From: a virus
Taxonomy: Duplodnaviria; Caudoviricetes
Length of the DNA stretch: 52,569 bases
Virus record (IMG/VR): IMGVR_UViG_3300007513_000054
Span: 1 to 52,569 of that record
Reading direction: 5' to 3' (one strand)
Below, piece by piece: positions 27,715-37,492 of the stretch. Position numbers and translations under genes: made by a program. The notes beneath the pieces are model-generated. The model did not search any database. It was not told where the DNA came from and was given only the letters and a program-made list of their open reading frames with translations. How positions within the stretch are numbered: position 1 is the stretch's first letter; each line of letters begins with the position of its first letter.

Positions 27715-28395
27715 ATGACAATTCAGAAAAGTAAACATTGGCCATTACAATTCCCAAACGTTAACCAACAGGAAAAGGAAATGCCAGAAAATACGGAACG
27801 GGATAAAATGATTGATGGTTATTATAACAATTTGACCCATACCAAAGGTGATGATGGTGAGAGAAGGGTTGAGGAATTTTGTGCTAAAAATAATTGTCTA
27901 ATCTCAAGACCAACTAACCAATCTTTTCCATATGATTTAATGGTAGATTATATGGCCGAATATACCTTAAAGGTCCAAGTTAAACAAGTTACATTGTTAG
28001 GGACTGGTTTGGTAAATGTTCCATTAACAAATAGAATCAATGCCGGATCGAAAAGAAAAGGAATTGGTAATTCCCATAGCTATTTGAATACCGTTGACGT
28101 TATGGCTGTGGTTGTTACCGATGATAATGGCGAGGCAGTATATGATGAACCATTTTTTATATCCTGTAATACCTTAACAAATGATTTGGACGTTCCAACT
28201 ACTCAGGGAACTAAAATGTTCCAAACTGATAAGTATGTTCCTAGCTCAACGAAAGCCCCTTTAATCAATCAATATACTTGGGCTAACCTGATTAACAGAC
28301 TTAAGGAAAAGGATAAGGAATTAGAAAATGAATACTCCGAATTAAAGGATATTTTCAATTCCTTTACCGCTTTCCTAAATCGAAAATATAGCTAA
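27715..28395 (+). CDS. PD-(D/E)XK-family endonuclease
   Basis: 'KGDDGE..V', 'PYDL.VD', 'KVQVK'. Confidence 0.7.
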   Translation: MTIQKSKHWPLQFPNVNQQEKEMPENTERDKMIDGYYNNLTHTKGDDGERRVEEFCAKNNCLISRPTNQSFPYDLMVDYMAEYTLKVQVKQVTLLGTGLVNVPLTNRINAGSKRKGIGNSHSYLNTVDVMAVVVTDDNGEAVYDEPFFISCNTLTNDLDVPTTQGTKMFQTDKYVPSSTKAPLINQYTWANLINRLKEKDKELENEYSELKDIFNSFTAFLNRKYS

Positions 28396-28419
28396 AGTTT
28401 TCGGCTTAACTGTCGATAA
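28393..28419 (+). promoter_or_regulatory. sigma28-like promoter copy 7
   Basis: TAAAGTTT-tcggcttaact-GTCGATAA; first TAA doubles as the upstream stop codon. Confidence 0.85.
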
Positions 28420-28433
28420 TTATAATATAGCAA

Positions 28434-28673
28434 GTGATTAAAAAGAGTATGAATTTTACAAACGGACAAATGGTCAAGTCCTATTCTGACCAAGTTTATC
28501 GGATAGTTGGAATAGATAGCAATATCTATAAAGTAGAGCATGGAATTGATGGTGAAATTAGTCATGGATGTGATGATGATTTTTTACCACTTAAATGGAA
28601 TGATCCGGTCTATGATAGTTGGTTAACCGCCAAATTTAATTACAATTACAATTTAGTATATGGAAAACATTAG
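28434..28673 (+). CDS. Small hypothetical protein
   Basis: Directly after promoter copy 7; start may be the internal ATG. Confidence 0.55.
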   Translation: MIKKSMNFTNGQMVKSYSDQVYRIVGIDSNIYKVEHGIDGEISHGCDDDFLPLKWNDPVYDSWLTAKFNYNYNLVYGKH

Positions 28674-28866
28674 GAGAGAAATGAAAATGCAAGAACTACT
28701 GGACCTACTCGAAGGAATTACGACTACTGTGGACGACCTGGCGACACAAATACCCAATGCGGATGATGCCCATGAGCAGATACAACTGGCTGAAATGATA
28801 GAACGGGAAATGTCTGATGCCCGATCTATTCTGCGGGTTATGAATCTTATTCAAAAACAAAGTTAG
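28660..28866 (+). CDS. Helical acidic hypothetical protein
   Basis: SD AGGAG before internal ATG. Confidence 0.55.
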   Translation: MENIRREMKMQELLDLLEGITTTVDDLATQIPNADDAHEQIQLAEMIEREMSDARSILRVMNLIQKQS

Positions 28867-28879
28867 GGGAGATTATAAT

Positions 28880-29284
28880 ATGGGTTATTTAAGACGGATT
28901 AAGAATCGGGAACGTAAAATTGAAAAGGCTAAAAATCGTAAACGTTATAACACACCGAAGGAAACTTCAGTAAGATCACGTTTGAGAAAAGCCGCTGTGG
29001 CTAAACTAAAGCAAGAACGGGAAGCCCTAGCCCAACGTGAAGCTGATATAGCGGCACAGGAAATGGCTGATTATAAAGAGGTCAATGACCAAGTTAGGGA
29101 AAATCCAGAAGCCTATGAAAATTTTCTGGAAACTGAAGGAATTGAAGTTCCTCAGATATATACCGATCACCGTGGAGAGGAAGAGGAAAATGACACCGAT
29201 ACAAAAGATAACGGATCCGATGCGGATGGTGAGGACGTTGGGTCCACATCCGAGCCAGATGATAGTCAAGGCGGTGGAGAATAG
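28880..29284 (+). CDS. Hypothetical protein, basic N-terminus and acidic C-terminus
   Basis: SD GGGGAG. Confidence 0.6.
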   Translation: MGYLRRIKNRERKIEKAKNRKRYNTPKETSVRSRLRKAAVAKLKQEREALAQREADIAAQEMADYKEVNDQVRENPEAYENFLETEGIEVPQIYTDHRGEEEENDTDTKDNGSDADGEDVGSTSEPDDSQGGGE

Positions 29285-29426
29285 TTTAGCTATAGGTGGC
29301 AGTTGGATCACCTCTGTTAAACAGGTGATGGATGATAATGATCGAACATGGACACCTGGATGTGGTGACATTTTAGATCAAGATATTATGGTTATAGTAT
29401 TAAGAACATTAAGGAGAGAATTTTAA
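29190..29426 (+). CDS. Hypothetical protein overlapping the upstream gene
   Basis: SD GAGG before ATG 29190; stop coupled to next gene. Confidence 0.45.
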   Translation: MTPIQKITDPMRMVRTLGPHPSQMIVKAVENSLAIGGSWITSVKQVMDDNDRTWTPGCGDILDQDIMVIVLRTLRREF

Positions 29427-30172
29427 TGGGACTACCGAATGGTAACCTAGCTAAACTTACAATTAAAGATTGTAAAGAAAATGTTGGACAATTCAGTGAT
29501 CCAAGTAAAATGCCTGGATTGTCTTGGGGAATTCCAATTGATTATTGTATCACTGGCTCCCAACTTATTGACGTTGAAGGTAGCACCTGTCATGGGTGCT
29601 ATGCCGACAGTGGTGCATACATTTGGGAAAATACTCAAAATGCTTATGAACGTCGGCACCAAGCCTACATTAAAGATCCATTACTGTGGGTTCAATCCAT
29701 GATCCATTTTTTCCATGAAAGCACAGTGATGGCTAAGGAACCATTCTTTAGATTTTTTGATAGTGGTGACATTCAATCACTAAAAATGCTAATGGATATT
29801 GCCACTGTGGCATATGCTTGTACCCATATAAATTTCTGGGTTCCTACTAAAGAATATCAGATATATCAGGATTATCTAAAGGTGGCAGAGCCTCCAAATA
29901 ATATGATAATTCGGGTATCGGCACCCATGAAAGATACAGTCCTTAAATCTGATAAATATGAATGGTCTAGTACCACTTATACTACGGAAAAGTTTGATAA
30001 AATGAAGGACGAAGAGGATTGGTTTTTCTGTCCGGCATCTAGTCAAAAAAATTCTTGTGGTGATTGTAGGGCATGTTGGGATCCGGATGTACCGGTAGTG
30101 GTATATAAGTATCATGGTGCCAAAAAGTATAATACCTCTAGGGAATTATTACAAATTGAGAGGGCCGCTTAA
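29426..30172 (+). CDS. GP88-like Cys-rich (radical-SAM-related) phage protein
   Basis: 'SKMP', 'C.TGS......STCHGCYA', 'FRFFDSGD', 'CPAS.Q...CGDCRACWD'. Confidence 0.75.
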   Translation: MGLPNGNLAKLTIKDCKENVGQFSDPSKMPGLSWGIPIDYCITGSQLIDVEGSTCHGCYADSGAYIWENTQNAYERRHQAYIKDPLLWVQSMIHFFHESTVMAKEPFFRFFDSGDIQSLKMLMDIATVAYACTHINFWVPTKEYQIYQDYLKVAEPPNNMIIRVSAPMKDTVLKSDKYEWSSTTYTTEKFDKMKDEEDWFFCPASSQKNSCGDCRACWDPDVPVVVYKYHGAKKYNTSRELLQIERAA

Positions 30173-30396
30173 TGACAGTTAAGGATTTACGAAAGTATTT
30201 GGATGGTTACAAACCAAATGATGAAATTGTAGCTTTATGGTGGGATAAGGATTCCTACTTTGAGTATAATTTTACAGATGAACAGTGGAAAACGATAGTT
30301 GATAAGACTGAGGAATATAGTTTTGATGGTATTCATGAAATTATAACCTCAGAAATAGTAGATATTGCAACGGATTTAGGATATAAGGCAGAATAA
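30172..30396 (+). CDS. Hypothetical protein
   Basis: TAATG coupling. Confidence 0.6.
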   Translation: MTVKDLRKYLDGYKPNDEIVALWWDKDSYFEYNFTDEQWKTIVDKTEEYSFDGIHEIITSEIVDIATDLGYKAE

Positions 30397-30498
30397 TGGA
30401 TCCAGTGATAGTAGTTTGTATAGCGGTTTGGATAGTATCGTCAGTAGCGGCAGTGGTTGTAATTGTTAAGAATGGACATGATACAGGAGGAAAATAAG

Positions 30499-30714
30499 AT
30501 GGGAATCGTACCTACACAAAAAAGATCGGAATTGGAATTAGAATTAGCTAAAATCTTTGGGAAAAGTAGACCGGCTACGATTATGGCTGGCTCCTGTATG
30601 ACCTGCGATACTAATGATATTGTGGAAGCAGATTTTAAGGACGATATATCAATTAAAGAATATCAAATTTCTGGCCTCTGCCAATCATGCCAGGATGATG
30701 TGTTTGGTATTTAA
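30499..30714 (+). CDS. Small Zn-binding phage protein
   Basis: 'CMTC...FKDDISIKEYQISGLCQSCQD'; SD GGAGG. Confidence 0.7.
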   Translation: MGIVPTQKRSELELELAKIFGKSRPATIMAGSCMTCDTNDIVEADFKDDISIKEYQISGLCQSCQDDVFGI

Positions 30715-31036
30715 TTAAGATAGGAGGTATAAGGTGAAATTTGTACGAAAGAAAACATTTGACCAAAAAATAGATGAGGCTCCTTTGCCTACTGGTCTTA
30801 CATTGAAACAGAGGGGTAAAAAACGTAAACCGATTAAGAAATTAACAACATGGGAAAAAATTGTGAAGTGGATTAGCGAACATTTTCTAGGTGGAGGGAG
30901 AGGATAGTAATGGATATAGCACAAATGATAATTATGGGTATTATTATAGTTACGACAGGTGTAATGGCGTATACTATAGGACATTTTAATGGTTTTATGC
31001 AAGGTATGAATAAATGTCAAAAGATTTATTCACCTA

Positions 31037-31231
31037 ATGCCAATTCAACTGATGCTTAGATACTTTTTAGGAGGTTCCATTGCGTTACTTGCGTTTATTT
31101 TTAACGTGCTGGCTAGTTTGGGTAATATCCCGGCTCTTTTCCTTGGTATATGGGGCTTGTATATTATGACAGGACCCATAGTTGATGGTAGCTTATGGAA
31201 ACAAATGAAAAGGATTTATTATGAAAGTTAA
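31037..31231 (+). CDS. Small membrane protein
   Basis: Two hydrophobic segments. Confidence 0.45.
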   Translation: MPIQLMLRYFLGGSIALLAFIFNVLASLGNIPALFLGIWGLYIMTGPIVDGSLWKQMKRIYYES

Positions 31232-31392
31232 TATCCCATATCAATACTCAGTAGCAGAAATTTCAGAACAGATTCAGGAAGATATTCTATCCTATTTTGA
31301 ATCATTAAACGAAAATATCGAATACTACACGGTATATGAAAAATTTAAGGACGATTTATGTCAAATCGTAGTTGATAATATGGAAAAATTAG

Positions 31393-31590
31393 ATGATTAA
31401 CACATATGGTGTCCAAACAATGGATATATATGATTATTATCGTGCCTATATGGAAGTACAGGCAGCAAAACGTGTACAAAGGGTTGAGGCAGTTACAGAT
31501 TCTATGAAAAATGCCTTAGATCCGAGAAAAAATAAAAGTCATCCACTAGCAGACAAAAAGTGGGGGAGTAATTTAGATGTCCGAGCTTAA
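31393..31590 (+). CDS. Small protein with YjfB-like C-terminus
   Basis: Ends 'KWGSNLDVRA'. Confidence 0.5.
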   Translation: MINTYGVQTMDIYDYYRAYMEVQAAKRVQRVEAVTDSMKNALDPRKNKSHPLADKKWGSNLDVRA

Positions 31591-31810
31591 AAAATATGCG
31601 GTAAGAATAATTTGGCCTTGTTATATTACAGTAAGTGCCGATACTGAAAGTCAAGCAATTGCTCAAGGCATGGAAATGGCTGATGATTTGTTTGAAACTT
31701 CCACTATTAGGCCGTACGTTGATTCAGTAACGGAAATCGAAAAAAAGTTTCAAAATTTAACTAAAGTTTCCGATGAAACTGTCGATAATAATAATATAAG
31801 CGGAGATTAA
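31577..31810 (+). CDS. Hypothetical protein
   Basis: 'ITVSADTESQA' resembles the common phage 'VEAxxEEEA' motif. Confidence 0.55.
   Translation: MSELKKYAVRIIWPCYITVSADTESQAIAQGMEMADDLFETSTIRPYVDSVTEIEKKFQNLTKVSDETVDNNNISGD
31762..31788 (+). promoter_or_regulatory. sigma28-like promoter copy 8
   Basis: TAAAGTTT-ccgatgaaact-GTCGATAA in the 3' end of ORF 31577, before ORF 31812. Confidence 0.8.
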
Positions 31811-31811
31811 G

Positions 31812-32039
31812 ATGTTTGATTTAGCAATTCCAACTGAAAGGGAAATTGATCTTGATAAATTACGATTAGAATATGTGGAAGCTCTACTTTCTAATATGGA
31901 TTATAAAGATTTATTGGAAACATTTAGATCTACCATGTTTGAACACCTAAAAACTTTGTCCGAAGATGAATTATACGAAGAAATTGAAAAATGGGGCTTT
32001 GGATATATTTTTGACCAACAGGAGATTATAGAATGTTAA
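31812..32039 (+). CDS. Small acidic protein
   Basis: SD GGAG; 'LSEDELYEEI'. Confidence 0.6.
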   Translation: MFDLAIPTEREIDLDKLRLEYVEALLSNMDYKDLLETFRSTMFEHLKTLSEDELYEEIEKWGFGYIFDQQEIIEC

Positions 32040-32239
32040 CTACAGATGTCCATGATAACAGTACCAAATACCAAATTATGCGGGATATGTTATGTGATGC
32101 CGAATATGAAAATATACAGTGGAGTGATATTTATGACATTCTAATGGATGGTTGTCAAGGCTATAGAAATATGTCGGATGAAGAAATTGAAGATTTATAT
32201 GAAATCCATTTTGATGAACCTTTTGACTCGGAGAAATAA
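32033..32239 (+). CDS. Small acidic protein
   Basis: SD AGGAG; 'MSDEEIEDLY'. Confidence 0.6.
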   Translation: MLTTDVHDNSTKYQIMRDMLCDAEYENIQWSDIYDILMDGCQGYRNMSDEEIEDLYEIHFDEPFDSEK

Positions 32240-32240
32240 A

Positions 32241-32477
32241 ATGTCCGATTTAATTGATTCCCTAACTATGGTTTCCTCTAGAATTTCAGAGATTTTAGAG
32301 GAATTTACTACTGAATTAAGTGGTACCAATTCCCAAAAACTAGAAGAAATGTTGGAAGATCTAATTGACATCGTTACTGATTTGGATCAAATTGCAGAAT
32401 TGGATGAAAATCCGCCAAAAATAGATATAAATGAAATAATCTATGATTTAGATGAGGAGGATAACTTATGGGATTGA
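32241..32477 (+). CDS. Small, very acidic protein
   Basis: SD GGAG before ATG 32241. Confidence 0.6.
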   Translation: MSDLIDSLTMVSSRISEILEEFTTELSGTNSQKLEEMLEDLIDIVTDLDQIAELDENPPKIDINEIIYDLDEEDNLWD

Positions 32478-32607
32478 TATTTGATGCCATAAAAGGTTTT
32501 ATTGCAGTATTGGGAATGATCTGTGGTACTTTGTGTGTTTCTTTGATAGGATTATATTCTATTTTTTCTCCTGAATCTGCTGAAAAGTTATTTCAACGAC
32601 TACAGGA

Positions 32608-32823
32608 ATGGGCAAATGGGGAATGAAATTTATACAATGGTTGTTATTCCATATAACCTTTTTAACAGGATTATTTTTTCTTTATTCTGTTAGGTTTTTT
32701 TTGGATTTAGTATTTTTATGGGCCAATATCATTGGATCACATGATTTAATTCAATGGTGTTCTGATGCTGAAGATTCCATAATAGCTTGGTTAGATGAAT
32801 TGGATGATGATGATGAAAACTAA
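32608..32823 (+). CDS. Small membrane protein
   Basis: Hydrophobic core, acidic tail. Confidence 0.45.
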   Translation: MGKWGMKFIQWLLFHITFLTGLFFLYSVRFFLDLVFLWANIIGSHDLIQWCSDAEDSIIAWLDELDDDDEN

Positions 32824-32988
32824 GAAAAGGAATAAGATTATTAGGAGAATTACCAAAGTATCCCATGCGATCGGGGTTAATCTTTGGGATGTTATCCCTA
32901 GTGATGTGTGGGGTGGTGAATTAACCAAAGTAGTAGAGAAGTTACAGGAAAAAAAGACGATTGGATTTAAGTATCCACGAAATTAGCC

Positions 32989-33018
32989 TTGACAGGGGCT
33001 GGTTAAAAATGTTATAAT
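32989..33018 (+). promoter_or_regulatory. sigma70-type promoter
   Basis: TTGACA-N18-TATAAT with extended TG, intergenic. Confidence 0.8.
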
Positions 33019-33049
33019 ATAGATGTCCTACGCTGGAGGAGATAGTATA

Positions 33050-33418
33050 ATGGTAGATGTTAAGATTGGTATTGCTAAATACTGTTTTAGTCAAATTTAT
33101 GAATTAGCTACTGAGGCTGTTGATTTATGTGAATTAGGTAATGATGCAGATACATATTCTATAATGAAGTACGTGGATAAGATTGATTCTTATACAGAAA
33201 CTATAGATTCCTTAGTGAGTGATATAGTTAATGATAATGATTCAACTGGTGAAACAGTTATAAATCAGGAAAATGTAGATATTATTATAAATGAAGATAA
33301 AAAAACCTCAAAACAGGCTTATGTTGATGAATTAAATAAGACCTATGATGATTTTATAGAATATAGTCGTCAGGAAGATATGCGTAAAACTTTTAATCAA
33401 GGTGAGGGTGATGGCTAG
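33050..33418 (+). CDS. Acidic hypothetical protein
   Basis: SD GGAGG before ATG 33050. Confidence 0.6.
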   Translation: MVDVKIGIAKYCFSQIYELATEAVDLCELGNDADTYSIMKYVDKIDSYTETIDSLVSDIVNDNDSTGETVINQENVDIIINEDKKTSKQAYVDELNKTYDDFIEYSRQEDMRKTFNQGEGDG

Positions 33419-33608
33419 AATTTATAAACAAAGTTTATTGGTGGAGTTTAGGAATACTGAACCTTTTATTTATGACTTGGAATCTGAACAACCAATTACA
33501 ATGGATAGAATAGTTGAGTATTTCGTTAAGGTTGAGGATTGGAATGAGGAACGTGATAGCCTAACCTTATTAGACGCTTCAACTGTAATTGATTTAGATA
33601 AAAAATAA
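33402..33608 (+). CDS. Hypothetical protein (start probably the internal ATG)
   Basis: SD GAGGG. Confidence 0.55.
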   Translation: MRVMARIYKQSLLVEFRNTEPFIYDLESEQPITMDRIVEYFVKVEDWNEERDSLTLLDASTVIDLDKK

Positions 33609-33611
33609 AGC

Positions 33612-33638
33612 TAAAGTTTTCGGCATAACTGTCGATAA
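33612..33638 (+). promoter_or_regulatory. sigma28-like promoter copy 9
   Basis: TAAAGTTT-tcggcataact-GTCGATAA, intergenic before the AAA+ gene. Confidence 0.85.
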
Positions 33639-33673
33639 TTATAATATAGCAACTAAATGGAGAATAATTAAGA

Positions 33674-34900
33674 ATGAAATCTTTGAATCACAATCATATG
33701 ACCTTTGTTAAATGTGCTTATAGTCATTATGATAAAGATGAATTAACCAAAGCTGAATTGCAAGTTATTACAGATACTTATGATGTTAAAAAACCGGGTT
33801 GGATTCAAAGACCTGAATTTAGAACATCTGCTGGTTTGTATAAATTACCTATCGATGGTAAATTGCCAGAAGCATTAAAAGCGAAAGAAGGTGTCGAAGG
33901 AATTAATGGAGATTTTCCATTAGAAACTTATAATAACATTGTACCAATGAAAAAAGGACAAATGCCAGTTACTACAAAAATAGTTCCACAAGTAGTTGAA
34001 GAATCTCAACAACAGGCAGAAATAGTGGAAATACCAAAAGAGGATGTAAATTTAGTTCCTGATAAATCTGAGAAGTATGTTCCATTTGGAAATTCTAAAG
34101 ATATTCTTAGTATAATCAAATCGGAGATATTTTATCCTGTTTTTATTACAGGTCTTTCTGGTAACGGTAAAACGTTGATGGTTGATCAGGCTTGTGCCAG
34201 ATCAAATAGAGAATTGGTTCGTGCTAACATTACTATTGAAACGGATGAAGATGATTTGCTTGGTGGTTTTAGATTGATTAACGGCAATACTGTCTGGCAC
34301 AATGGTCCAGTAGTAGATGCTATGGAGAGAGGTGCAATACTTCTCCTAGATGAAATTGATTTAGCATCAAATAAAATTATGTGTTTGCAACCCGTATTGG
34401 AGGGTTCAGGTGTCTATCTTAAAAAAGTTAATCGGTGGGTTAAACCCAAACCTGGTTTCAATGTTATTGCTACTGCTAACACAAAGGGTAAAGGGTCGGA
34501 GCATGGTCAATTCATTGGAACTAACATTCTTAATGAGGCGTTTCTTGAAAGATTCGCTATTACGTTAGAGCAGTCCTATCCTACAGCCGTTACTGAAAAG
34601 AAAATTTTAAGATTAGAATTGAAGGAGTTGGAATATGATGATAAGTTTTTGGATCGGCTTGTTAATTGGGCTGACATTGTTCGTAAAACTTATGATGATG
34701 GTGGTCTTGATGAAGTAATTTCAACTCGCCGCCTTGTTCATATTGTTAATGCGTTTAAGATATTTGGAAAGGAAGATAAGGCCATCAATGTTTGTATCTC
34801 AAGATTTGATGATGATACGAAGGCCGCATTGAGTGATCTTTATTCCAAACTTGAAGAAAAGCCAGTTGAAGAGGAACAGACTGAAGAAGTACCATTTTGA
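33674..34900 (+). CDS. MoxR/CbbQ-type AAA+ ATPase (phage 'CobS-like')
   Basis: Walker A 'GLSGNGKT', 'ETDEDDLLGG', Walker B 'LLLDEID', 'ATANTKG', 'ISTRRL'. Confidence 0.92.
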   Translation: MKSLNHNHMTFVKCAYSHYDKDELTKAELQVITDTYDVKKPGWIQRPEFRTSAGLYKLPIDGKLPEALKAKEGVEGINGDFPLETYNNIVPMKKGQMPVTTKIVPQVVEESQQQAEIVEIPKEDVNLVPDKSEKYVPFGNSKDILSIIKSEIFYPVFITGLSGNGKTLMVDQACARSNRELVRANITIETDEDDLLGGFRLINGNTVWHNGPVVDAMERGAILLLDEIDLASNKIMCLQPVLEGSGVYLKKVNRWVKPKPGFNVIATANTKGKGSEHGQFIGTNILNEAFLERFAITLEQSYPTAVTEKKILRLELKELEYDDKFLDRLVNWADIVRKTYDDGGLDEVISTRRLVHIVNAFKIFGKEDKAINVCISRFDDDTKAALSDLYSKLEEKPVEEEQTEEVPF

Positions 34901-34984
34901 GATCTGGACAAAAAAATGTTTCGGGCGAAACAAAAGCAAGATATATCAATGGGCCAAGGAATGAACCTTCCATAAGGAGATAAA

Positions 34985-37492
34985 GTGAAGTATACTCAAG
35001 AGCAAAAACAAGTATTGGCCAGATTGTTGGCTACTGAAAACATTACAGTGGAACATAGAAATGTCTCCACAGCAATGTTTGATGTTCAAAATCGTACATT
35101 ATTACTCCCTACTTGGGACTCTATGCCTGAGGATGTTTATGATATGCTAGTAGGGCATGAAGTTGGGCATGCCTTGTTTACTCCGACAGATATGGATGAT
35201 CTACAAACTAAGATCGATGGTATTGATTCGGATCATCCAGGCCGTGTCAAGACCTTGTTTAATATAGTGGAAGACGCCCGGATTGAAAAGAAAATGAAAC
35301 GGAAATTTCCTGGTTTAAGGAGAGACTTTCATAATGGCTATAAAGATTTTTTGCAGAAAGGATTGTTTGGTGATCCTGAAAGCCTTAATAGGAAATTGAT
35401 TGATAAGATCAATATACATTTTAAGTGTGGTTCTTTAGGACCACAATATGAGTTTAGTCCAGATGAACAGCAGTTGATTGATAGAATAGAAAAGGTGGAG
35501 ACATTTGAAGATGTGGCTGGTATAGTTAAAGATTTGTATGAGTTTGTATTGGGTGATGTACCTGATATGGCAGATGATATGTTAATGCAACAGCAAATGG
35601 AAGAAAGAGGTGATTGTAATGGCTGGGAAGAGGAGACACAGAAGTCTAATTCGGGATCTGGAACGGATTCTGCTGATGGTGACGAAAAAGATACCACCGA
35701 TTCGGATGGGACTGATGGTGACAGAGAACGTGATGGAGATGATACTAGAGAGTCTACACAATCTGAGAAATCAGGAAGTGGCAAACAAGAGATGGAGGAT
35801 GAAAAGGGAAAGGAATCTAAAAAATACAACTCCAAAGTCGGAGGTAGAGGAAATAGAAATAACTTAGAAGACCAATTTAAGTCTGATACACAAGATGCTA
35901 TGGATGATTTTATAGAATCTAGTTATGATCCGACTATGTTACCAGATATGGTTGTTAATATCCCTAAGGTGGATTCTAATAGGTATATAGAGAATTATTC
36001 ATCCGTTTTATCGAATCTGGATGAGTATTATCACGAAAAGATTTATACGGATAAATGGTTTGTTAGAGCGTTGATGGATAATGACATTTCAAAAGAACAA
36101 TATAATCAGGCTTTGGTTGATGGTTATAAATCTTGGAAAAAGTCTGTTAATTCTTCTGTCAATTTTATGGCTAAAGAATTTGAAATGAAAAAATCTGCCG
36201 ATCAGTATGCTAGGGCATCTGTTAACAAAACAGGTACTTTGAATACTAATAAGATTCACCAATACCGATATAATGAAGATATATTTCGTAGGATTACAAT
36301 TTTACCTGATGGTAAAGATCATGCGATGATACTTGTAATTGATTGGTCTGGATCTATGGATGCTAGTATTAGTAACACTATTCATCAAGCTATGACATTG
36401 GTATTATTTTGTAAAAAAGTTAATATACCATTTGAAGTTTATTGTTTTAGTGATAATCCAGGGGCGTATCGTGATGTTATAAAGCCATTACAGCAGAAAG
36501 ATTATGAGGTAGATGATTTATACGTGGACTATTTTGTTATGCGTAATATGTTTTCTTCCCGAATGACTACCAAAGAATTGGAAAGATCAATGACATATTT
36601 TTATGCTATGTCTAATGGATTTAGTTATGGAGGATTAGAGAGTGCTTATGGTATAGAATTGAATTATGGATATGCAAGACATTTAGTGCCTACTGACTGG
36701 TCTTTGTGTGGTACACCTCTTAATGATTCATTGATTATAATGAAAGATTATTTGGAGAGGTATCGAAAGGATAATAGAAGTACCATTATCAATGTGATTC
36801 TTTTGACAGATGGTGATTCAGCAACTTCTATTCTCAAAATTACTGAGGATGATGAAATTGCTCATAATGCTTCTGATATTGGATATTCTGGGTATGTACA
36901 GTATGATGATTCGGATGAGACAAAGGAATATTATAGAGAAAAACTATATGTTGATGCTAAGATTGCAAATTTTTGTCATTCTAATGTCAATGTGAGGTTG
37001 AAAGATCCATATTCTAATACCACTGAATATATTTCTCCTAGTTCTGATCGTCAAGGTGTTTATAGAACTAGCTGGTATAGCACGGAGCATAATAATATGA
37101 CTAATTCTTTAATTAGATCATTAGGAAATATACCAAGAGTTAATGTTGTTGGATTTTTCGTTGCGAATGGTAAATATAATGTTAGAAATGCTGTTTCAAC
37201 TCATTTCTTTTCAAGGCGTGACCATGGGCATGTTGAAAAATATGATGAAATGATGAAGGATTTTAGAAAGTCTAAATACTTAGTTAATGAGGAACATGCT
37301 GGATATGATATATTCTTTGTTCTATCAGGTGGGTCTGATTTAGAATTGGAAACAGGTGGTTTAGATGATGATTTGAAAGGAGAATCAAAAAGACGATTGA
37401 CCACAGCATTTAAGAAACATAGTAAAGCCAAATTACAGAGTCGTGTATTTTTAACTAAATTTATTGATTATATTTCAAAGGAGAATTATTAA
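34985..37492 (+). CDS. VWA-domain partner with N-terminal HEXXH metallopeptidase-like domain ('CobT-like')
   Basis: 'HEVGH', 'NIVEDARIE', acidic linker, MIDAS 'DWSGSM', 'GTPL', 'LTDG'. Confidence 0.9.
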   Translation: MKYTQEQKQVLARLLATENITVEHRNVSTAMFDVQNRTLLLPTWDSMPEDVYDMLVGHEVGHALFTPTDMDDLQTKIDGIDSDHPGRVKTLFNIVEDARIEKKMKRKFPGLRRDFHNGYKDFLQKGLFGDPESLNRKLIDKINIHFKCGSLGPQYEFSPDEQQLIDRIEKVETFEDVAGIVKDLYEFVLGDVPDMADDMLMQQQMEERGDCNGWEEETQKSNSGSGTDSADGDEKDTTDSDGTDGDRERDGDDTRESTQSEKSGSGKQEMEDEKGKESKKYNSKVGGRGNRNNLEDQFKSDTQDAMDDFIESSYDPTMLPDMVVNIPKVDSNRYIENYSSVLSNLDEYYHEKIYTDKWFVRALMDNDISKEQYNQALVDGYKSWKKSVNSSVNFMAKEFEMKKSADQYARASVNKTGTLNTNKIHQYRYNEDIFRRITILPDGKDHAMILVIDWSGSMDASISNTIHQAMTLVLFCKKVNIPFEVYCFSDNPGAYRDVIKPLQQKDYEVDDLYVDYFVMRNMFSSRMTTKELERSMTYFYAMSNGFSYGGLESAYGIELNYGYARHLVPTDWSLCGTPLNDSLIIMKDYLERYRKDNRSTIINVILLTDGDSATSILKITEDDEIAHNASDIGYSGYVQYDDSDETKEYYREKLYVDAKIANFCHSNVNVRLKDPYSNTTEYISPSSDRQGVYRTSWYSTEHNNMTNSLIRSLGNIPRVNVVGFFVANGKYNVRNAVSTHFFSRRDHGHVEKYDEMMKDFRKSKYLVNEEHAGYDIFFVLSGGSDLELETGGLDDDLKGESKRRLTTAFKKHSKAKLQSRVFLTKFIDYISKENY

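Noticed and set aside
25758-28419. CRISPR-like mini-array from the recurring GCTAAAGTTT...GTCGATAAT motif
   Set aside because: Spacing is irregular, whole genes lie between copies and the motif centre varies; a promoter architecture fits better.
33674-37492. True cobaltochelatase CobST
   Set aside because: No CobN or other cob genes in the window; the pair is a generic MoxR AAA+/VWA module common in T4-like phages.
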